Source of the DNA: Babesia bigemina
Taxonomy: Eukaryota
Direction of reading: 5' to 3'
Assembly (NCBI RefSeq): GCF_000981445.1
Contig: NC_027216.1
Location: forward strand, 2,356,001-2,420,000
Length of the DNA stretch: 64,000 bases
Part shown: positions 57,198 through 64,000 of the stretch, in pieces
Layout of the letters: each line of letters begins with the position of its first letter
How positions within the stretch are numbered: position 1 is the first letter of the stretch
Program-made: the position numbers and the translations under genes
The notes under the pieces: model-generated
Seen by the model: the letters and a program-made list of their open reading frames with translations, nothing else
Databases searched by the model: none
Told to the model about the DNA's origin: nothing

Positions 57198-57931
57198 TCT
57201 GATTAACGGTGTGGCGTGGCACAGTCAAAGGTCTATCGTGTATCTATAGCTTCTTTGGTAAACCAAAGCATTTCAATGGTATGAAAAAATTGCCTACGTT
57301 ATCCCAATATATGAGAAACACATCAATATTTTATTGTGAGCGCAAGTGGTTGTCCAAGTATCGCGGCAATTGTGTGTCTGGTTGCGTAGGAATTTTCTCC
57401 AGCGTCGCCAGCTGCGATTTTCACCAGAGCAGGCCATAATATGCGGTACGAAATTGTATGTTACGTGTTGTAATTGTTATAAACCCATCGTATTTGCCAT
57501 AATACCCGCATTAACATTATTGCATCAATGCACGGATGAAACGTGCCGCGTTTGATTCTCGAAAGCGCGCCATACCCATTGTTGAGATTGCGATTAGCAA
57601 CCGCGACAATTTCGTGTCGGCTGAGACATACATTATAAACATCTCTCAAGAAGTGGTGAAGAACGTGATTGGGAGGCTCTGCGCTAGCAGATAAGCTTCT
57701 AGCTGGTCTCAAGCGATGACTTGCGACGGCGTTGTGTGCACATACCATACTACGCATAGACACCAGTTTGGCAAGCGTAAACACGCGTGAATACGGACAT
57801 ACCTATCGCCGCATTATGAAAATCTCCCGTTTAATGAATTGGTTACACGACAAACCAGTTCTAGGATGAATATTCGCAAGGTCCGAGGGACAGGCTAGAC
57901 ACCTAGCACACCCAGCCCACCTAACAGCACA

Positions 57932-58312
57932 CACCTACCACCTCACCTAACATCTAACCAACTGCCTCCCCGACCTTTCCATCACCACCCATCCTCCCAC
58001 TTAAGCATGGCTGCCTCGGCTTGGCGCCTACCCTCCTCAGGTGAGTGGTGTGTCTATAAGAATCCTGTGATGGGTAATGGATTTTGGAAAATGGTTTAGG
58101 TGTGGCATGGTTTTAGTGTGATGCGTATTGGTGTTATTCAGCGTCTTACTTCATAGCCTTTCCACCTACTACACTTAGTTGTCTGCCATGCTGTGTTAAG
58201 CGGTGTCACCTTGGAGGTGTGATGACTGTAGTGCTTCCCGGTTCACATGGTCCTGGAGGCTGGCAGTGGTGTTTTGTGAGAGTGGATTAGTGGGTGATTG
58301 GAAGTAGACAGG
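57932..58312 (+). promoter_or_regulatory. Conserved upstream/5'UTR block; inverted homolog of 52092-52510
   Basis: See partner feature. Confidence 0.75.
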
Positions 58313-61300
58313 ATGGTGGATAAAGGTAATATACCTGAGTTCAGGACTCTTAAGGAGTGCTTGGAATTCTTGGAGTGGTTGCATCATAATAGAGGCGCAC
58401 AAGGCCAGCTGGCCAATAGACTGATGCGGCTGCTTAATGGCAAATACAATACTGTTGATCAACAGCAAATTGAACCCGCACTGTCACAGTTTTTAACTAA
58501 TGTATCCAAGTTTCATACGAAATTGTGCAAAAATCCACAACGGTCGTATACCGGCGAGCGAAAAGCTAAAAATACCTTAAACGCTCTCCTTCAGTGCATC
58601 CCTAAGGTTCTTGCAGCTTTGTATTTTTTGCGGTACAATGTGGACGATGGATTCACAAGAGTGGGCGGTGGGGATTGGGCGGGTGAAACGGTTGGGATGA
58701 TCGAACTGTACGCTGCGCGTGGTCCAGAGTTTGTTAGACGGATGATAGCGAGTGCCGGAAAAATTGATAGATACCTCATTGCGCAAGATGACGTTGAGTA
58801 CGGTGTTATACCTGGTGGATTCGGGGCAGGTGAGTTGCAACCTGGTTATAAGAATGGCTATTCCCCAGCCTCTGCTATGGCAGGGGACATTATAAAGATT
58901 CTGAATAAAGAAACTAATAAAAACAATCTGCTTCTCGATGTTTATTCAACTACAGTGTTATCCACGACCGGGTCCGACACTGCAAACATCGCAAATGCCC
59001 TTCGCTTGGTTCAAGATTTCTGTAGAATTTTCGGAGAAGTACGAGATGAGCAAGATTTTAGGAATCATTTATATTCGAGAGACAAATGCATAAATTTAGA
59101 TGAATTAAAAAGGCAATGCAAAAAACTTATAGTACCGCTTGAAAAAATATTCACCAAGGACCGTTTTTCCTTCACGGGATATGCTAGAGAATATCAATAC
59201 CTTACAAAGGAGAACATTGCGAAAAAAATGGCAAGTTGGTTTAAAACACATCTGAATGCAGTGAATGAGAAATTGAAGAGAATTGATACACAATCCGGTG
59301 TAATCAAAAAACCACGCAAGGACAACCTTGCCGCCTATTTCAACAAACATTTCATTCCTTACGGATTCACATTCTATGGCTACGATTTCGGAAAAGGAAG
59401 CAGTCAGCAAAAGATTTTGACGGATAATTGGGTTAATGTAATTAATGAGCTAAAGAGAGAAGGTGACGGCCTGGCAAAGTTGAAAACGATTTTGGATGGT
59501 GAGGGTTGTTTAATGGAAGAGGAAGATGATAATGAAGTTGAGGACGAAGAGGCTAAGGAAGAACTAGAAATTCCGGATGAAGATTTGGAAGATGTAGAGT
59601 CCGAAGATCATACGCCTTTCACCAAACCCGATGCCGCCAAGCCTGTGGTCACCAAAGCCGAAGCGGCGAAGCCGACTGCTACCAAGACGGAGGCAATTAA
59701 AACTGAGGCTGCGAAGCCTGTTGTAAGTCAATCCGAAGTAACTCCAAACCAGGGCAAGAAATCTGAGGGAGCACAGAACCAAGGCAAGAAAGCGGAGGGG
59801 GCACAGAACCAGGGCAAGAAAGCGGAGGGGGCACAGAACCAGGGCAAGAAAGCGGAGGGGGCACAGAACCAGGGCAAGAAAGTGGACAGCCCTCAAAGCC
59901 AAAATAATGGTCAAAGTGAAGAAAAGCCTGGGAGTTCACAAGTCGCACAGGCGGCACAAACTAATACTTCAAGTGATTCAAGGGGAGGCTCTGAGTCACC
60001 TGGTGCCCATGATCCCAGTAGTGGTCAGGGCCCGGGTGACCAGGCGGCTACCTCCGGCGCTAGTCAACAGAGTGGTCAAAAGGCTCAGCCAGGTTCAGGT
60101 GACAGTAAGACGGCATCCTCTACTGCAGGATCTGGTCCAGGTGGCGGTGGAAAAGGTGATCATAGTCGTGACCCCGTAACATGTGATGGTGGTATAAGTG
60201 CTACTCTGAATGGCCAAAACTATTGTCAGCCAAAATCTCATTGGGGCAATCGTACACCATTCGTACCAACTGAAATCACCGAAAAGATGTGGGATGATTT
60301 TAAAAATCGACATCATCCTACGACAATGCAAAGTGTTCCTTCTATTCATACGCCTAGTTCCTCCCAACCTTTACATTACGTTCACGGTGACCGTGTTGTC
60401 AGCCAACGTCAACCCTTTGAAACACGGAAAAGGGTTAGGGGGCAGATTGGTCAAGGAGAATTACCTAAAGTTACCGGATTGGCTATCGATGATCCGTTTT
60501 TTGAGCAGCAGAGGATAATAGAAAATGAATACAAAACCGTGCTTAAGGACAACGCATATAAGTGGCAAACAGATCGAATGAAATTCTATGATGAACTGCA
60601 AGAACGACTGACTAGAGAGGCTGAAACCGAAAAGGAAATGAAAGAAGAACAACGCAAGGTGGAGCGTAGACTAGAAATGGACGCTAAATATAAAACTGCC
60701 ATTGAACGGCTCACAAAGCAAAATCTACAGAGAGAAGCAGACGCCAAGGCGTTGGAAAAACGATTTGAAGAAGCGACCAGAAAAACGGACGAAAGACGTA
60801 GACAGGAAGAAGCAGAGGAACGTGAAAAACAAAAAGAAGAGGAACATAGGACACGATTGCAACAACAAGCCTATTATGATCACGCTAACTCGTTGAACGG
60901 TAAGCCAGCTCCCGATCCCACTGATTTTACTTTAATGCAGAATGAGGCCATTAATAGGAGTAGAGCGTACAAAGAAGCAGAGAAAATAGAGAGAGAAAAG
61001 AATCTGGAACTTAAAAAGGCACTGTATGCGGCTCAAAAAATTAATTTGCCGCAGCATATACCAAAACCAAGAAGCATACAACCTCCCCTCGTGAATTTGG
61101 ATGGGCATGCTTCTGTGTTCGTGAATCAAATGGAAGGTATTCCACTGAGTAGTTCTTCAAAAGGAAATGACAACGTTTCCGGACTTCGGCAAATTACGTT
61201 TTCCACGTCATCTGTGCCAACAACCGCAACCCTGTCCGGGCAGACTCCCCATAATCCAACAGAATCGCCAGCAACTGCCACACTAGACGACTCAATCATA

Positions 61301-63142
61301 CCTGCATTTACGGACGTCACTGCTATTAATATAAAAACACCTGCTGATCCAAATAAATACTACTACGGAGAGTTTACAGGGAACGTTGTGAAAGACCACT
61401 CAAACGTCACACGGCGAAAGGAGCTGGCAGCTAATGCGTTTAAAGTTCAACGAAAGTTATTTGAACAGCGCGAGCCCCAACTGCTGGCAGTAGACAACCA
61501 AATAAAGCAATCAGTGCAGAAAAAGGAAGAGGATGTCGAAAACTGGCAAGAAGCGCGGAGAAGTGACTTTCTGAAAGGTATTCAAAGAGATATTCAAAGT
61601 CGGGTCACGAGTGCGGATGGTGATGCTGTGTTCATGTCAGGGAATCCTATTACATACCAAAAACCTGTTCTCGTGATAGGACAAGTTGTGAAAAATAATC
61701 CTGACACAAACGGCAAACGAAAACAGGAGGCATATAATATTCTTCGTTCGCAAAATTTTGATGTCACAGGCGATAAAATTCTGATTCCCAATATTCCACC
61801 TAAGCCCCTTCCGCTACTTCCCTCCATTGGCATTCCGGCTGGCAAACCATTAAAAGAGGCCAAGCAAATACCGCCCTTACCGCCGCTGCCGTACCCACTC
61901 TCTGTTCCTGCCATTGCTTCTGAGCCTGAAGGCATTGATCTGACAAAACAGAAACGTACCACGGAACGTACGCCCGTGATACTCCCGGAGGTTATCCCTC
62001 CTCTCACTGGGCAGCTTGATGTTCTACCCATGGAAAATTCAACCGACTTTTCGGGTAGTACAATCGTACATACACCAGCTCATATACCAACGGTCTACAT
62101 TCCACAAGACAGTGCTTTCGAGACCTTTGTGCCGTCGGAACCAACAGGCGATCCCATTGCTGATCCCAAGACAAAGCCTCCGCGGAAATCCCTCACTCCG
62201 GTAGAAATCGAAGCTCATCCAGGGGTCATGATTGATGAACCGATATGTCAGCTGTATTCCCCAGAGTTGGTTACAAAAAAGGTTCCTAGCACTGATCACA
62301 GTATAGCTCCGCCCCGAACTGTGCGTGAGATGCTGTGCTGGCTCAGCGATTTGCCGCATGCCCTGGGATATGCCAATTTAATCAACTACATCTTAAATTT
62401 GTTTGAGGGGTCTGAATCAATAGAAGCCATCCCAGAATCTATTTCATCGGACGATGTCACCGAAGCCTTATCCCAATCCTGTAGCCACGCCAGTTCTGTG
62501 CTGGCAGGTATCGAAGGGCCTGTGCCCATTGACCTTAACAAGTTGCACTATGAACGCTACGGCGCTCCACTGATGTACTACTCCGAAGACCCCTACACGC
62601 TTCTATGCCAATTGCTGAGCTATGTCTACGCCACTTATCATCAGCTATCTTTCCTGCGCACCCAGTGCCGGAGGGACTCCGACCAGGGTGGGTGGCGTGA
62701 ATGTCAGTACGGTAAAAATGTAAAGGCATCGGAATATTGGCTCTGCACCAAAGATCCATTAGACCCCATGAAATTACAAAGTCATGGTTGCGACCCTTCC
62801 CCCTTGCAAGGTTTTCTCACTGACCAGTCCGATATCTCCACTTACTGGTATCAGAGGAATGATGTATGCCAGAAGAGCCGCATTAAAATGGGTTTTCTTC
62901 AGAAACATTTTCGAGATAAGCATAAGCATGGGTTCTATACCTACAACTTGCTGACTGGGGCGTGTTATAATAATGTAGATCCACTTGAGAAACTTTGCCG
63001 ATATCTTGTATGCCTCACCAGAAGGACGCCGCGTACCACCGGGGAGCTTGTGTCCTTCTCCCATCATATCGGCAATGAGTTGCAAGGTATGTGTCAGGGT
63101 TGTCTTTACTTGGCACCGCCATCACCAAGTCGTATGACCTAA
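58313..63142 (+). CDS. Giant ves-related variant antigen paralog with NQGKKAEGAQ repeats, probably 3' frameshifted/truncated
   Basis: FRTLKECLEFLEWL, GGGDW, IPGGF, APPRTVREMLCW, LLCQLLSYVYA, SRIKMGF, CLTRRTPRTTGELVS. Confidence 0.85.
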   Translation: MVDKGNIPEFRTLKECLEFLEWLHHNRGAQGQLANRLMRLLNGKYNTVDQQQIEPALSQFLTNVSKFHTKLCKNPQRSYTGERKAKNTLNALLQCIPKVLAALYFLRYNVDDGFTRVGGGDWAGETVGMIELYAARGPEFVRRMIASAGKIDRYLIAQDDVEYGVIPGGFGAGELQPGYKNGYSPASAMAGDIIKILNKETNKNNLLLDVYSTTVLSTTGSDTANIANALRLVQDFCRIFGEVRDEQDFRNHLYSRDKCINLDELKRQCKKLIVPLEKIFTKDRFSFTGYAREYQYLTKENIAKKMASWFKTHLNAVNEKLKRIDTQSGVIKKPRKDNLAAYFNKHFIPYGFTFYGYDFGKGSSQQKILTDNWVNVINELKREGDGLAKLKTILDGEGCLMEEEDDNEVEDEEAKEELEIPDEDLEDVESEDHTPFTKPDAAKPVVTKAEAAKPTATKTEAIKTEAAKPVVSQSEVTPNQGKKSEGAQNQGKKAEGAQNQGKKAEGAQNQGKKAEGAQNQGKKVDSPQSQNNGQSEEKPGSSQVAQAAQTNTSSDSRGGSESPGAHDPSSGQGPGDQAATSGASQQSGQKAQPGSGDSKTASSTAGSGPGGGGKGDHSRDPVTCDGGISATLNGQNYCQPKSHWGNRTPFVPTEITEKMWDDFKNRHHPTTMQSVPSIHTPSSSQPLHYVHGDRVVSQRQPFETRKRVRGQIGQGELPKVTGLAIDDPFFEQQRIIENEYKTVLKDNAYKWQTDRMKFYDELQERLTREAETEKEMKEEQRKVERRLEMDAKYKTAIERLTKQNLQREADAKALEKRFEEATRKTDERRRQEEAEEREKQKEEEHRTRLQQQAYYDHANSLNGKPAPDPTDFTLMQNEAINRSRAYKEAEKIEREKNLELKKALYAAQKINLPQHIPKPRSIQPPLVNLDGHASVFVNQMEGIPLSSSSKGNDNVSGLRQITFSTSSVPTTATLSGQTPHNPTESPATATLDDSIIPAFTDVTAINIKTPADPNKYYYGEFTGNVVKDHSNVTRRKELAANAFKVQRKLFEQREPQLLAVDNQIKQSVQKKEEDVENWQEARRSDFLKGIQRDIQSRVTSADGDAVFMSGNPITYQKPVLVIGQVVKNNPDTNGKRKQEAYNILRSQNFDVTGDKILIPNIPPKPLPLLPSIGIPAGKPLKEAKQIPPLPPLPYPLSVPAIASEPEGIDLTKQKRTTERTPVILPEVIPPLTGQLDVLPMENSTDFSGSTIVHTPAHIPTVYIPQDSAFETFVPSEPTGDPIADPKTKPPRKSLTPVEIEAHPGVMIDEPICQLYSPELVTKKVPSTDHSIAPPRTVREMLCWLSDLPHALGYANLINYILNLFEGSESIEAIPESISSDDVTEALSQSCSHASSVLAGIEGPVPIDLNKLHYERYGAPLMYYSEDPYTLLCQLLSYVYATYHQLSFLRTQCRRDSDQGGWRECQYGKNVKASEYWLCTKDPLDPMKLQSHGCDPSPLQGFLTDQSDISTYWYQRNDVCQKSRIKMGFLQKHFRDKHKHGFYTYNLLTGACYNNVDPLEKLCRYLVCLTRRTPRTTGELVSFSHHIGNELQGMCQGCLYLAPPSPSRMT
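59747..59887 (+). repeat. 30-bp coding tandem repeat, about 4.5 copies, (NQGKKAEGAQ)n
   Basis: aaccagggcaagaaagcggagggggcacag repeated; variants NQGKKSEGAQ and NQGKKVD. Confidence 0.97.
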
Positions 63143-63823
63143 TGCCTAATCTACTACATATCATAGTTGACGGGGTAATACGCTCGGCACTCGGGATGGC
63201 GGGATGTGAGATACAGACGAAATGTGCCCATGCCTTCTCATGTTGTTAGTAAAATGCATTGCTAGGTGGGCGGCCATACACCTCAGTAGCTGACGATTGC
63301 CATTTAAGATGAAGTTGTGGGTCATCTATCGGGTAGACTAATGTCACACAGTAATTTTGTATTTGGATAAATGATCTGTGGAGGCGTGTACATAGGCGAG
63401 ATAATTGGTTATGCCTTTATGTCGTAGGAAATACAGGAAGCTTCAGGCTGTTTAATATAATACACTCAACCGCATGTAACTTTTCAAGGTTTGATGCGTC
63501 TTTGCAAATGCACCAATGCCTATAGTTCCAGCACATTCCATTTCTATTTAAATGTTGTACACCCAATGGCATGCGTTATACATATTGCATGTCTAGTTAA
63601 TGGTATGAACTTTGCTGCGGCAGGGCATAGGTAACATCATCGTACCTCTACAGTACGTATGCGTGCTCCGCACAGATTTTACTTGATTTAAATAAGCTAA
63701 TCTTGGAGAGGTGCGGACAGCTCCTGTGCTATCCCGTGATTGAGAGACGCTTAAAGGCTCGACATAATAAGACCAAACATTTCAGACTAATAGCAGTCGT
63801 TTAAGTAATAACATCATTACAAA

Positions 63824-64000
63824 ATGGTATACAATTCGTTGACTGAAGCCCCGCATACTTTCAGGGAGGGTATTGACTGGTTGATTGCTCTGAAGGGCAA
63901 CGATGCTGAGAAGAACTTGGCTGCCATGGGCGCCGCACTTCACAAGTTCTTGGCAGACAAGCCTGTTGGCAAGATGGAGCTGCCAGCTCTCGAAGAAGTC
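63824..64000 (+). CDS. ves1: Variant erythrocyte surface antigen-1 family protein, 5' part only
   Basis: MVYNSLTEAPHTFREGIDWLIALKGNDAEKNL...; the SLT.AP....E.IDW motif is the VESA1 N-terminal signature. Confidence 0.82.
   Translation, partial: MVYNSLTEAPHTFREGIDWLIALKGNDAEKNLAAMGAALHKFLADKPVGKMELPALEEV

Overview
Eukaryotic, intron-containing DNA (about 35-38 nt GT-AG introns) from a piroplasmid apicomplexan, almost certainly Babesia sensu stricto (B. caballi/bigemina/ovata-like, inferred from the ves1-type genes). 1-22 kb is a GC-rich, gene-dense core: kinesin, EF-1beta, NADK2-type NAD kinase, apicoplast SufS, a helical protein, eIF3i, a RON12-like protein, two Cof-type HAD hydrolases, PDCD2, a Cir_N splicing factor and EFL1. 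22-36 kb is a tandem array of six divergent two-exon secreted-protein genes in near-identical spacers. The array appears to have been built by duplicating a block containing NAP and the 3' end of a 984-aa gene, then pruning these passengers by microhomology-flanked deletions. 38-45.5 kb holds a membrane protein with a bacterial-toxin-like HNH-type domain, a small Cys-rich secreted protein and three more HAD genes. 46.7-64 kb is an AT-richer variant-antigen region: two head-to-head giant ves-related genes carrying (NQGKKAEGAQ)n, the mammalian RRBP1/p180 decapeptide repeat, flanking a Cys-rich TM mini-gene and a 6-Cys gene, followed by the start of a ves1 gene. Family assignments come from motif recognition only; no searches were run.
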